In this document: positions 49,773 to 61,218 of the stretch, piece by piece
Layout of the letters: every line of letters begins with the position of its first letter
Position numbering within the stretch: position 1 is the first letter of the stretch
Assembly: GCA_973895155.1 (NCBI GenBank)
Contig: OZ316895.1
Coordinates: 24,743,538-24,807,537, forward strand
Origin: Marsupella aquatica
Lineage: Eukaryota > Plantae > Marchantiophyta
Direction: 5' to 3'
Length of the DNA: 64,000 nucleotides
Position numbers and translations under genes: made by a program
Notes under the pieces: generated by a model
What the model was told of the DNA's origin: nothing
The model's input: only the letters and a program-made list of their open reading frames with translations
The model's database searches: none

Positions 49773-52760
49773 GAGTGACAGATCACGATCTAACAGTGCC
49801 GCCTTCTCAGAATCCCTCCTCGCCACCAAGATCTCTACATGAATCCGAGGAGATTCCCGGTGGCTATTCCGAATCCCGGGCTGTCACAAGCCAACAATGC
49901 TGGTAGCATTCACAATTTGCTAAGAAGTACTCGTCGTAGCCATTATTATATGTTGCTTTAGTTGCTTTTCTGGAGTTGGTACCGTGCTGTATGTACGTGC
50001 TGACGAATCCTTTGATCCCTGTTAGGTTTGCGTTACTACTTTTACACGGCCTCTCGCGATGTCCTTTCGGCAGAGAAGTCCTAGAAAGGCCCTAGCTATA
50101 CTCAATGTTCTTCTTCGTTTCAACCCTAGATTTCTGGGCAACAATACTTCTCATCTGTAAGTGCCTAAGGAAGGGGGACAGAATCTCTTTTTCAGCCCAG
50201 GACACTTTTTCGTCTCCCTATCCTGTCCTGCTCAATTCTTGGATAACGTCTCTGCCGCCTGCAATTATGTGCATTTGCCTTGTTTTTTAAAACTTTCAAG
50301 GATATCTCCCCGTACGAACTTCTTTTATTGCCCATCACAATCTAGATCATTTTTGTGCCCCCTTGCTTCAACTTGTTGTTCTCAATGAATTGTCGAGCCT
50401 GTCCATTTTGCTACTACAAAGTGTGCAAATCACTCGGAAAGTTCTTGAAGACATGTCGTCAATTTATCGTTTGGTATGCAGAACAATTCGGTTGGAGAGG
50501 TTCCTTCGTGGAGGGCGACAAACTTGCGCCAAAGTTGTTCAGAGGGCAATGTGCAGGTATGGCGGTGGTTGCTTTCGGATTTGAAATTCTCATACTTATT
50601 CCTCTCAAAACTTGTAGTTCTGATTCTCAAGTCTAGATGGCAAAGCAAGCTAGGATAATTCTTGAAAGAGTACACCAACTTTTAATTCTTAATGCAGGAG
50701 GAAGTGATCCTGGAGAACATACTGGTACTGGTACTGCTTCTAGGGGTACCTCCAATTGTTCCGTTGAGCTGAGATTCCTCTTCCCCGGTAAGGTTTCTCC
50801 AACAGAGCCTTTGCGTAGTGAATTTTCGTTCCTTACTCCAAGGGGAAGGAAAGATGAGACTTGAAATTCGACGGCACTGCAAGATTGCAATATTTAGACT
50901 AATTTGAACATTTGTCAAACAGGTAAGATCATATTTCTCACAACTGTACCATTAAGCGCTCTAATTCCGGCAGGGGAACGGGACTGATTCGATGGAAATT
51001 TTGGATATCGACCGCTTTAGGCAACACGCCAGAGACAGGTATGATTAACTTTTTATGTATGTCATTTGTTGGATGATGATGTGACCAAACGACCTTGAAT
51101 ACATTCTCAACAAGACGTTTGATTTGCAGAGTTCATCCTTCATCTTCCGGTTTGATTAGTATTGACATCAGCCGTTGTTCTTGTACAAGGCCTTCAGGTA
51201 ATGAGAGTGAAGAGCGATTTCAACGTTGTGATTACCTACTTTTAACCAAAAACCCTTGTTACAGCACCACGATGTGACATTTATAGTTGCATGAATTTCC
51301 TGCTATGAGAGTTTTATGGGATGAAGACTTGACTTGAACGTCAGTTTGATTCGTTTTTTAATCTCCAAGGAAGCACAGGGAGAGGGGAGGAGGGGGTGGT
51401 GGCGGGTGTGTGCGCTGTCACATTCATGTCATATGTGTCTACTCTCGATGGATTCTGGAGAGCCAATTCAAAGAATGCTGGATAGGCTTTATTTCTGAAT
51501 TGTATGACAGGGAGGGGGAAGCGCTTTCACATTCATGTCATCGTGTCTAATCACACTGGATTCTATAGAGCCAACCTACGGATGCTGGCTGGGCTTTATT
51601 TCTGAATTGTTGTCTCATTTCTAAAACCTGAGATTTTCTGGTTTGTTTATAGCATAGAAAGGACAGTGTAGGCAACTTACAAATGAACGCCCGTCAAAGT
51701 GTCCTACGAGTCTATCGTATACACAGCCCAAGGATAACATGTGACTGATTGATGAAATTCTTTAGTCCCATTTCGATAGGCTCTTGACTGTGTCCTTCTA
51801 TGGTTACAGTGAAATACCGGAGTATGAACGAGCTTATTCGTACTTGAGCTCCCTGGATGTGCCCTTTCACAAGTATTTTAGTATTCTATTCTAAGGTCAT
51901 GTGCATTCTTGACAGATAGCCGTTACTCTCAGTTGAAAAGGAGTCATCTAACGTTGGCAAGTTATTTGTTCCAAAGACCACAGCAGAGCAACAGATATAA
52001 GAAAACTTATCTCTGGACGGAGGTAGGCATGCATCCAAGTCCTAGAACTCGAGACTTACCGGTCTGCTATCTATATCTGAACATTCATTGTAGGAAGATC
52101 ATTGGGAAATATAGTCCACAATAAATAAATAAATAAATGAATACAAATTCGTTGCAGCTCGTGGGATCTCCTGGATGTTAGCCTGGTGCCACATCTGATC
52201 GTGGGTTGTTGTGATGACAGAGGAAGCCCAGAGCACCTAAGTTCATCTATAAGATGACAAGGAAAGCACATTGGGTAGATGGATGGTCAGCTGCAGCATG
52301 TGTTAGGGCAAGGGAGAATTTGATTAATCACTCTAGACTTCAATCTCATGTTGGACATTGCACGAGCGATTGGTCTCAAGTCACTACAGAAGGGAAAGGG
52401 AATGGCAGTAGGCATATGCATGATGCTGGTGCCACGAGTGAAACAATAGCTATCTTGAAAGATCGTCTACAACGAGGCATTACTATAGACTCTCACACAT
52501 ATGTCAAGGTTCTGCAAATGTGCTTGCAACAGAAAGACCTTTCAGCAGCCAAGAAAATCCATGATTGCATCATCGAGAGTGGAATCGATAACAATCCATA
52601 TGTGGCAACCACGCTCTTGAATGTGTATATCAAATGCGGAGGATTGTTGGATGCACGTAGAGTTTTTGATCAACTTCAGAAGAAGAGTGTTATTACTTGG
52701 ACCAACATGATTGGAGGATATGCCAAGACTGATCATGTTCGATCTGCATTCGAACTTTTC
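49773..52760 (+). repeat. Segmental duplication unit 1 (upstream region and 5' end of the PPR gene); partner is 61219-64000
   Basis: Colinear shared blocks, e.g. CACCAAGATCTCTACATGAATCC, GAGGGCAATGTGCAGGTATGGCGGTGGTTGCTTT, GATTTGCAGAGTTCATCCTTCATC, GACTTACCGGTCTGCTATCTAT. Confidence 0.92.
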
Positions 52761-55700
52761 CATCAAATGCGCCAAGAAGGCGTGCAGCCTAATGTGATCA
52801 CATATCTGAGCATGCTGAAAGGATGTGCCCGCCCATTAGCTCTAACATACGGAAAAGAAATTCACGAGCGTATTCGACATGCCGGCTTTGAATCGGACGT
52901 GCGTGTAGGGACTGCCCTCCAACTGATGTACGCAAAATGTGGGTGCATCACCGAGGCAAGGAAAGTCTTTGATAAGTCGACCAATCGAAATGTCATCACA
53001 TGGAATGTTATGATTGGAGCATATGCAGAAAGAGGTCATGGTGTGGAAGCATATCGACTGTTTCTCCAAATGCGACGGGAAGGTTTAGAACCAGATGCAT
53101 TCACTTACGCGAGCATCCTGAATGCATCTGCAAGTGAGGGGGCTTTGGAATGGGTGAAGGACGTTCATCGCCAGGCTAGCAAAGCGGGGCTAGAGTCAGA
53201 TTTGCGTGTAGGCAATGCACTGGTTCACATGTATGCAGAGAGTGGCAGTATAGATGATGCCCGACTAGTGTTTGACAAAATGGAGAAACGCAGTGTAGTC
53301 ACATGGAATATAATGATCGGTGGACTTGCACAACATGGATGTGGGCATGAAGCGTATCGACTCTTTCTCCAAATGAGACGCGAAGGCTTCGAACCAGATG
53401 CAATCACTTATTTGAGCGTCCTCAATGCATCTTCAAGTGCGGGGGCTTTGGAGTGGGTGAAGGAGATTCATGGCCATGCTACTAAAGCGGGAGTGGAGTC
53501 AGATTTGCGTGTGGGCAATGCAATGGTTCACATGTATGCAGAGAGTGGCAGTATTGTTGACGCACGACTTGTTTTCGATAGAATGGAGAAGCGCGATGTG
53601 GTCACATGGAATGTAATGATCGGTGGACTTGCACAACATGGATGTGGGAATGAAGTATATCGACTGTTTCTCCAAATGAGACGCGAAGGCTTCGAACCAG
53701 ACGTTATCACTTATCTGAGCATCCTGAATGCAGCTGCAAGTGAGGGGGCTTTGGAATGGGTGAAGGAGGTTCATGGCCAGGCTAGCAAAGCGGGACTGGA
53801 GTCAGACTTGCGTGTAGGGAATGCACTGGTTCACATGTATTCAGAGAGTGGCAGCATAGATGACGCCCGACTTGTTTTTGACAAAATGGAGAAACGCGAT
53901 GTAGTCACATGGAATGCAATGATCGGTGGACTTGCACAACATGGATGTGGGCATGAAGCATATCTACTGTTTCTCCAAATGAGACGCGAAGGTTTAGAAC
54001 CAGATGTAATCACTTACGCGAGCATCCTGAATGCATCTGCAAGTGAGGGGGCTTTGGAATGGGTGAAGGAGGTTCATGGCCATGCTAGCAAAGCGGGACT
54101 GGAGTCAGATTTGCGTGTAGGTAATGGACTGGTTCACATGTATGCAGAGAGTGGCAGTATAGATGATGCCCGACTAGTGTTTGACAAAATGGAGAAACGC
54201 AATGTAGTCACATGGAACGTAATGATCGGTGGACTTGCACAACATGGATGCGGGCATGAAGCATATCGACTTTTTCTCCAAATGATCCGTGAAGGCTTGG
54301 AACCAAATGTAATCACTTACGCGAGCATCCTGAATGCATCTGCAAGTGAGGGGGCTTTGGAATGGGTGAACGAGGTTAATGGCCATGCTAGCAAAGCGGG
54401 ACTGGAGTCGGATTTGCGTGTAGGCAATGCACTGGTTCACATGTATGCAGAGAGTGGCAGCATAGATGACGCCCGACTTGTTTTTGACAGAATGGAGAAA
54501 CGCGATGTAGTCACATGGAATGTAATGATTGGTGGACTTGCCCAACATGGATGTGGGCAAGAAGCATATGGACTGTTCCTGAAAATGAGACGCGAAGGCT
54601 TCGAACCAAATGCAATCACTTATAGGAGCTTCTTGAATGCTGCCGCAAGTGAGGGGGCTTTGGAATGGGTGAAGGAGGTTCATGGCCATGCTATCAAAGC
54701 GGGAGTGGAGTCAGATTTGCGTGTTGGCAATGCACTGGTTCACATGTATGCAAAGAGTGGCAGTATAGATGACGCCCGACTTGTTTTTGACAGAATGGAG
54801 AAACGCGATGTAGTCACATGGACTGTAATGATCGGTGGACTTGCACAACATGGATGTGGGCATGAAGCATATGGACTGTTTCTCCAAATGCGACGTGAAG
54901 GCTTCGAACCAGACGCAATCACTTACACAAGCATCCTGAATGCATCTGCAAGTGCGGGTTCTTTGGAGTGGGTGAAGGTGGTTCATGGTCATGCTAGCAC
55001 AGCGGGGCTGGAGTCAGATTTGCGTGTAGGCAATTCACTGGTTCACATGTATGCGAAGAGTGGCAATATTGATGACGCCCGACTTGTTTTTCACAGAATG
55101 GAGAAACGCGATGTAGTTACATGGAACGTAATGATCAGTGGACTTGCACAACATGGATGTGGGAATGAAGCCCTGGACCTCTTCAGAAAAATGACCGCAG
55201 AGGGTGTGAAGCCCAACGTGTTTTCATTCGTGGGCGTCTTGTCAGCCTGTTGTCACAGGGGCCTTGTTGATGACGGCCGTAGAGTCTTTTCAGCTATGAC
55301 GCAGGATTACGGCGTCGAGCCTGACATTGTGCATTATAACTGCATGGTGGATCTACTTGGGCGGGCTGGACAATTGGAGGAAGCAGAGATCTTCATTAGT
55401 GACATGCCAATTGAACCAGATACAGTCACTTGGACAGCCTTGCTTGGGGCTTGTAGAACTTACGGTAATGTGGAGTTAGGCGAACTTGCCGCCCAGGAGC
55501 TTTGGAAGTTGGAACCCAATAATGCCTCTGCATACGTGCTCCTCTCCAACATCTACGCTGCAGCTGGTAAGCGGCAGAAGAAATCATTGGTGCGAACCAT
55601 GATGCAAGACAGAGGTATTCGGAAGGAGCCAGGACATAGCTGGATTGAAGTTGATAAGAAGATCCATAAATTTGTTGTAGGGGATAGATCTCACCCAGAA

Positions 55701-56036
55701 GCGAGGGCAATATATACGGAACTCAATAAATTGACTGAAAAACTGAAGGCTGAAGGCTACATTCCGGATACCCGGCTTGTGTTGCATGATATCAATGAGG
55801 AGGATAAAGAACTAGCTCTTTGCTCTCATAGTGAGAAGTTGGCTATTACTTACGGACTTATGCACATAGCTCAGGGGGAACCAATTCGGGTATGGAAGAA
55901 CCTTCGGGTGTGTTCAGATTGCCATACCGCAACCAAGTATATCTCCAAGGTTACGGGACGCGAGATTGTAGCCAGGGATGCCAATCGCTTTCACCATTTT
56001 AAAGATGGCATATGTTCTTGTGGCGATTACTGGTAA
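52254..56036 (+). CDS. PLS-class PPR protein with E1, E2 and DYW cytidine deaminase domain (organellar C-to-U RNA editing factor); probably extended 5' by small exons from ~50992
   Basis: 1260-aa ORF: L-S-(P-L-S)x8-P2-L2-S2 (29 motifs), E1, E2, PG box (PGHSWIEV), HSEKLA, KNLRVCSDCH, terminal CSCGDYW. Confidence 0.97.
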   Translation: MTRKAHWVDGWSAAACVRARENLINHSRLQSHVGHCTSDWSQVTTEGKGNGSRHMHDAGATSETIAILKDRLQRGITIDSHTYVKVLQMCLQQKDLSAAKKIHDCIIESGIDNNPYVATTLLNVYIKCGGLLDARRVFDQLQKKSVITWTNMIGGYAKTDHVRSAFELFHQMRQEGVQPNVITYLSMLKGCARPLALTYGKEIHERIRHAGFESDVRVGTALQLMYAKCGCITEARKVFDKSTNRNVITWNVMIGAYAERGHGVEAYRLFLQMRREGLEPDAFTYASILNASASEGALEWVKDVHRQASKAGLESDLRVGNALVHMYAESGSIDDARLVFDKMEKRSVVTWNIMIGGLAQHGCGHEAYRLFLQMRREGFEPDAITYLSVLNASSSAGALEWVKEIHGHATKAGVESDLRVGNAMVHMYAESGSIVDARLVFDRMEKRDVVTWNVMIGGLAQHGCGNEVYRLFLQMRREGFEPDVITYLSILNAAASEGALEWVKEVHGQASKAGLESDLRVGNALVHMYSESGSIDDARLVFDKMEKRDVVTWNAMIGGLAQHGCGHEAYLLFLQMRREGLEPDVITYASILNASASEGALEWVKEVHGHASKAGLESDLRVGNGLVHMYAESGSIDDARLVFDKMEKRNVVTWNVMIGGLAQHGCGHEAYRLFLQMIREGLEPNVITYASILNASASEGALEWVNEVNGHASKAGLESDLRVGNALVHMYAESGSIDDARLVFDRMEKRDVVTWNVMIGGLAQHGCGQEAYGLFLKMRREGFEPNAITYRSFLNAAASEGALEWVKEVHGHAIKAGVESDLRVGNALVHMYAKSGSIDDARLVFDRMEKRDVVTWTVMIGGLAQHGCGHEAYGLFLQMRREGFEPDAITYTSILNASASAGSLEWVKVVHGHASTAGLESDLRVGNSLVHMYAKSGNIDDARLVFHRMEKRDVVTWNVMISGLAQHGCGNEALDLFRKMTAEGVKPNVFSFVGVLSACCHRGLVDDGRRVFSAMTQDYGVEPDIVHYNCMVDLLGRAGQLEEAEIFISDMPIEPDTVTWTALLGACRTYGNVELGELAAQELWKLEPNNASAYVLLSNIYAAAGKRQKKSLVRTMMQDRGIRKEPGHSWIEVDKKIHKFVVGDRSHPEARAIYTELNKLTEKLKAEGYIPDTRLVLHDINEEDKELALCSHSEKLAITYGLMHIAQGEPIRVWKNLRVCSDCHTATKYISKVTGREIVARDANRFHHFKDGICSCGDYW
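52992..55112 (+). repeat. Seven near-identical tandem 303-bp (101-aa) P-L-S coding units
   Basis: The P motif at 52992 and P2 at 55113 are exactly 7x303 bp apart; long nucleotide strings recur (GGTTCACATGTAT, TGGAGAA(A/G)CGC, CAACATGGATG); antisense shadow ORFs recur every 303 bp. Confidence 0.95.
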
Positions 56037-58202
56037 CCAGATTCAAAATTGTGTTTGAAAGTGACTCGAAAGCAGAACTCACTCATCCCCATTTGTCGTT
56101 TGTTCCAATCTGCCTTGCCCACGAAATGAGTGACGTCTGATGCTTCAATAGACAGATTGGCCAAACGGAATCTATCCATTCAATGCAATTCACACTACAT
56201 CGAAATCAGATGAAGAACAATTTTAAAGGACATACTATGTGAGAGCTGGCCCCTTTGGAGTAGTGTCTACTCCCTAAACCCAGACGACTGATGCTTCGAT
56301 AAACAGATTGGCGAAACGGAATTGATCACTCTAGCGGAAATTTGCATCATCGAAGTCAAGTAAGGAATAAAATTAGTGAACTTAGTAAATTTTAACAAGA
56401 TTTTGAAAGACAGATGGGATAGGGGATACATACTATGTGAGAGCTGGCCCCTTTTGCCTACTCTCTGTCTATTCCCAAAATCCCTCAACTCTCAGCCTAA
56501 CTAACCTTCAACGTACCAAAAGTCTCTCAACCCCCTACAACCCAACTGAAGCTCACCTATTTCGGTGAGTGCCACTTAGGCTGCTCCCGATCCGTGCCTG
56601 CCCAACTAGAGTCGATGCTGCCATTTCACTCCAAGGGGAGACTCCTCCTACTGACTTTCCTACCTCTAGCCTAAAGTTTCATAGGCAGACTTAGTTCTTG
56701 GTGGGTAATGGCACAGCCGCATATGTCTATGGATTGTGCCCCAAGTATATCCTTCATTTCATTTGCTTGCATCCTATTCTCTTTTTCTCCTTTTTATGCC
56801 ACCCCAGAATCACCTGGATATGAGTAGAAATGAAAATTGTTCACCTGGATATGAGTAGAAATGAAAATTGTTTGTTGGTGTTTTGCCCAACTCAATATAT
56901 ATGCCAATCACGTGTCTCAGGGAACTGCACCTGCTTTAATCGCCTTCTGCTGTACAAAACCCCTTTCTATTTGCCCTAAGGCATACAAAACCCCCTTCCG
57001 TACGCCCCCTCCTTGGCGATCCCACCCTTTTATCCTCCAGTGTTCCATTGTCGTTCGTCCCCCCCCCTCCCCCAAAAGCAGGTTTAGAGGTTAGAGGTGA
57101 CGGGACTTCTCACAGAGACCTCTGGCCTTTGTATTTCGTTCCCCTCAGTTAGAGACAGTGATGCAAGCGACTGTCATTGCAAGCAATTTCGAGGCAGACG
57201 AGTGAGCTAGGAACACTTTTCTTGCTTTTATGAGAGTTGTTGAGCCTGTACGTGTTCAATTTTGCTCACGATTTACCCATCTATTTCATGTTCGGATCAC
57301 AACTCTCAGTAGCAAAACAACTGCATGGCCTACACTGCACTTCTCTGTAATGTACTTCTTGGAATCAATGTCAATTCCCTACGTTTTGTCCCGCCCACTA
57401 TCTTCTTTGATCTATCTGTTTGTTATGTGATTGTTTCTACAGATTTCGTGAATCAAAGGAATCATCAAGCATTTTTCTCTTAGCACAGTCCAGCTGAATG
57501 TACAGGGTTTAGGGTTTAGGGGCGACAGTTGCTAGACAAAAACGTAAGAAGTTTTTGCTGGGGGCGGACTCACAATACTTGTTGCTAGCTATCGCTTTTC
57601 CACCTTGTATTGATCATCTTCGTCTGACTTTCACACTCCGCTCATCTATCAGATAATCAAAATTGTTAGAAAACGCGTCTCCGATTAGATCATTAACAGG
57701 TCTGGTCACTTAGTCTAAGCTTGAAAACTCATGAAGCAATCCTGGGTTTTAATCCATCCCCTATTTCCGATAGCCCATGGCAGTCTCGTAATTGTTTCAT
57801 CCTCGAGAAAGTAGAAAATCTACCCTGTAATTGTTTCATCCACGATTTTACTAAAATCTACCCATCTTGTAACTGTTTCATCCACGAGAAGTAGCCCAGT
57901 ACTTTGGATCTTCATACCAAACAGAAATATTGTGAATGGACTTTGGGCTAGAAACTGGCTTCAAAACCAGAGCCCTAAAAATTTAGCTAGAAGTTTATAT
58001 GTCTTCCTCTCCTAATGCTTGGGAACTCAAAATTGTTTCACACTTTGGTGAATTACAGGCGAAGTAAGATGCAACACCGACTCCTCAAGAGTATTTTGAG
58101 CCTTGTACAATTTGAGCAGGAAATTTATTTAGTTCAGCGGGGGCAAAGTAGAGTAATGTTATTAGTTAATGGAGGTTGTAGGCAGTTATCGTCTGCTTCA
58201 AT

Positions 58203-59647
58203 TGTTACGAGCTTGTTCGCTTAGGCAAGCATGAAGAGAGCGTTGCAAATGGTTGCAAATGGTTTCTAGCTTAATTCTTTGGCCAAAAAAGGATCAATTT
58301 CAACTGTCATCTTTTTTGTTCTGACATTTCGTATTGTTCTCTCAATGCGTGACCATCGATGGTTTGATTACTGACCCCACTAGAGGTCCCTTCCAAAATT
58401 CCTGGCTCAACAGCGCGACACGTCATCATGACGCGCTACAAACAGGCACGAATTGATTTACAAAATAAACATTCCTGTTTGCGGCAGGATTTTGGTAGAA
58501 TTGGGGACGCCATGCCGTAAAAATTCATGTAAACTTGTTTTACAAGTAACTGTATTGTTTACATTTGATAACAAATTTGGGTTAATAAATACTGCCCCGA
58601 TCGTAGTATTTAGCAGCCCTTAGTATTTAGCAGCCCCCCGGTAGAGGCACGGGGGGGGGGGGGGGATTTTAGACTCAGAAGTTGGCCATTCGCGGCACGC
58701 GTGGGGAGTCCCGAACTCGGTGAATTGCCGGAGTGCCAAGGGGAAGGTATACGACTAAGCTCGTCGGGCGAGTGCGGAGCCGGGCTCCGTTGTAGTGTAT
58801 ACTCCTTGGCCTTGGGCCCGTTCATTCACGAGGTGTCGGGTCACCCAATCGTAAGTGTAGGATCATATATGAATGAAATCCTTTCCCCTCAATTCCTTCG
58901 TGTAAATCGAGATTTCTGTTATGTATGAATGCATGCATTATGATGTTGAACTATGACGTCATTCGCAACGACCATACAACCGTGATTCATTCCATGCACA
59001 CGTAGTCGACACACTCTCTACGTGGTTCACCTCTTCTCCAAGGCTACGTCCACACGAACACTCAAGCTTTACTTCAAGAGTAGACGAACACACATGCTCC
59101 CCTCTTCCTCAAGTTTCTCCGTTACAATGAGTAAGCACCACACACCAGCGGCTTACACTAGCCCTGGTATATACAAGGTCACACACGACTAACCTAACCT
59201 CAGCTAAGACCCTAACTGTGGTTAGCCTAAGTGCCGTAACCTTTGAGTCACAAGACTAAGAGCAATCCTTAACATATGAGTCTCGTGTGCAAGTATCAAT
59301 GTCGGGCCAAACACGTTATGCCAAGCATGCACGGGGTGCAGGTTTCGGGTACGGGGTTGCGAGCCCGGGTTGAGCCCTTGTACTAATGGATCCGGATCGA
59401 AGGCGGTAACACGAAGGCTTAGAAGTCCGTAAGCCGGGGTCGAACCCGTGTCGACTAAGTTACGTTCCGGCGGCGGAACACAAAGCATACCTAAGCGTGC
59501 TCGTAAGTAAATATATGTGCACTTAGCGCTAGTTTGGGAGAATTATACGCACTCCGCACGTCCCTCCCTGCCCGAACCCGAATACTAACAAGGGAAACGT
59601 CCGTCTTAAACGTAGATAGGCCTAAGGACTAGGCCGATGGCGTGACA
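58203..59647. mobile_element. LTR-like element, family A (solo-LTR-like), between the two PPR copies
   Basis: Ends CGTGACA at 59647; 59300-59647 is homologous (inverted) to 1346-2170 and 37782-37965. A possible TGTTACG start lies at 58203, but no matching TSD was found, so the left boundary is uncertain. Confidence 0.5.
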
Positions 59648-61218
59648 TATGCAAACAAACCTGAATCGGATAGGGACCTGGTGATCGATGTGCTAATTAA
59701 ACCTCCCCCTTAGCAAAACATCCTATGCAGGAGGCATTCATGTGATGGTATTCAAACAATGCGGATGCAGTCAAACAGGGAGACTATGTTGTCATGGTAG
59801 TCAAGCAAAGCAAAAGAACAATGAGGCATTCATGCCATGGTATTCAGGCAATGCACAAGAACAAGGAGACATTGATGCTATGAAAAAAATGCACAAGAAC
59901 AGGAAGACATTGATGCCATGGTATTCAAACCACGCAGAAGATTGTTTTGGGACATTCATGTTAGGGTCTTCAGGCAATGCACAAGAACAGGGAGACATTC
60001 CTAAACAATTCAATCGACATAGCATTCATTCAAAAAAATTCATTCATACAAGAAATTATACTAGAATGCGAACATTTCACAATTAATTTGGTATTCTGAA
60101 TACAGATTAGCAAAAGCCACTTACCACCATGACATTACACTTGCTGTCGCCTCAGTTTACTAGGTGCTTGTTGCGGATCTACTGTTGCTAGCAAACATCT
60201 CACATAACAGGATGAATTGAGCTCCCAGTAGCTCACATAACTCACATAACTCAAGAGCTTCAAGGAAGAAGAGCTCCCAGTAGCTCACATAACCTTGTCA
60301 CCATGAACAAGAGCTAGGGCTAGCTCACTGTCGAAGCCAGACAAACAGACGATGATTACGCATACTTTTGACGAAATGAAAGAAACATAGCAGAGTCCAG
60401 TCCAAGTGAGCAGCTATAGTGTGTGTACAAAGAATGTCACTCTCGCATTGCCTTGTCGCATTGCCTCCCAACTTCTGAATCCCTCAGCACACAATCGCCG
60501 CAGCCCCTACAAAGACAAGCTCACATCGCACAACAAAACAATGCACTGCGAGACAATGCTGCCAAGTTAAACCAAACCTAAACTAAAAAACAGGATGTGA
60601 ATACATAATACACAATGTCTTCTCTGGATGACATTTTTGGATTGCGTTAGTAACCTTAAACGGCGTTTGCAAGGTGTGCTCCGACTGCAACGGTGACATA
60701 CATGGTAAACCACATCACTACAGCGACAGACATGGTAAACCACGCCACAAAACGGCGTAACGATATGGCTGCCCAGGGTGGGATAAGTGTGCAGTTTTTA
60801 GGTTTAGAAGAACCTAAAATACGGATCATAAAGAGGGGGTCAATTAAATAAAACTTTTGCAAAAGAGAGTCCATTAAGCAAATTACTCATCAAAAGCTTG
60901 TCATCGCGAGCCTTTCGCAGTTTGCCAAGAAAGGTTTGTATTAGTGCCAAAATCTGCGCACTACGTCTACTATTTCTCAAGCCAAACCTTGGGTTGTTTA
61001 AACTAACACGTAGGTTTAAGCCACGGTTATCGTATGGAGGCCAAATTTTTCGGGGTGCCGGTGGGGATAGCAAGGAGGGTCTTTCAGTATCCTTCAGGTC
61101 TGTATAACGCGAAGCAAATTTTTGCGATAACGGCCACAGGTGCCCGAATGAGTGTAGATGCTCACCCCACCTCAGTTGGATCAGCCGCAACATTGTTTTG
61201 AGGAAGCAGATGACATTC

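Noticed and set aside
53225-54992. Series of ~60-aa and longer minus-strand ORFs with 303-bp periodicity
   Set aside because: Antisense shadows of the PPR repeat array, not independent genes.
52992-55112. Regular repeats as a CRISPR-like array
   Set aside because: Contiguous in-frame coding units without unique spacers, in a eukaryotic locus.
56137-56870. Local duplications downstream of the PPR stop (~150-bp diverged pair; 30-bp perfect pair near 56810)
   Set aside because: Ordinary slippage-type duplications with no further structure.
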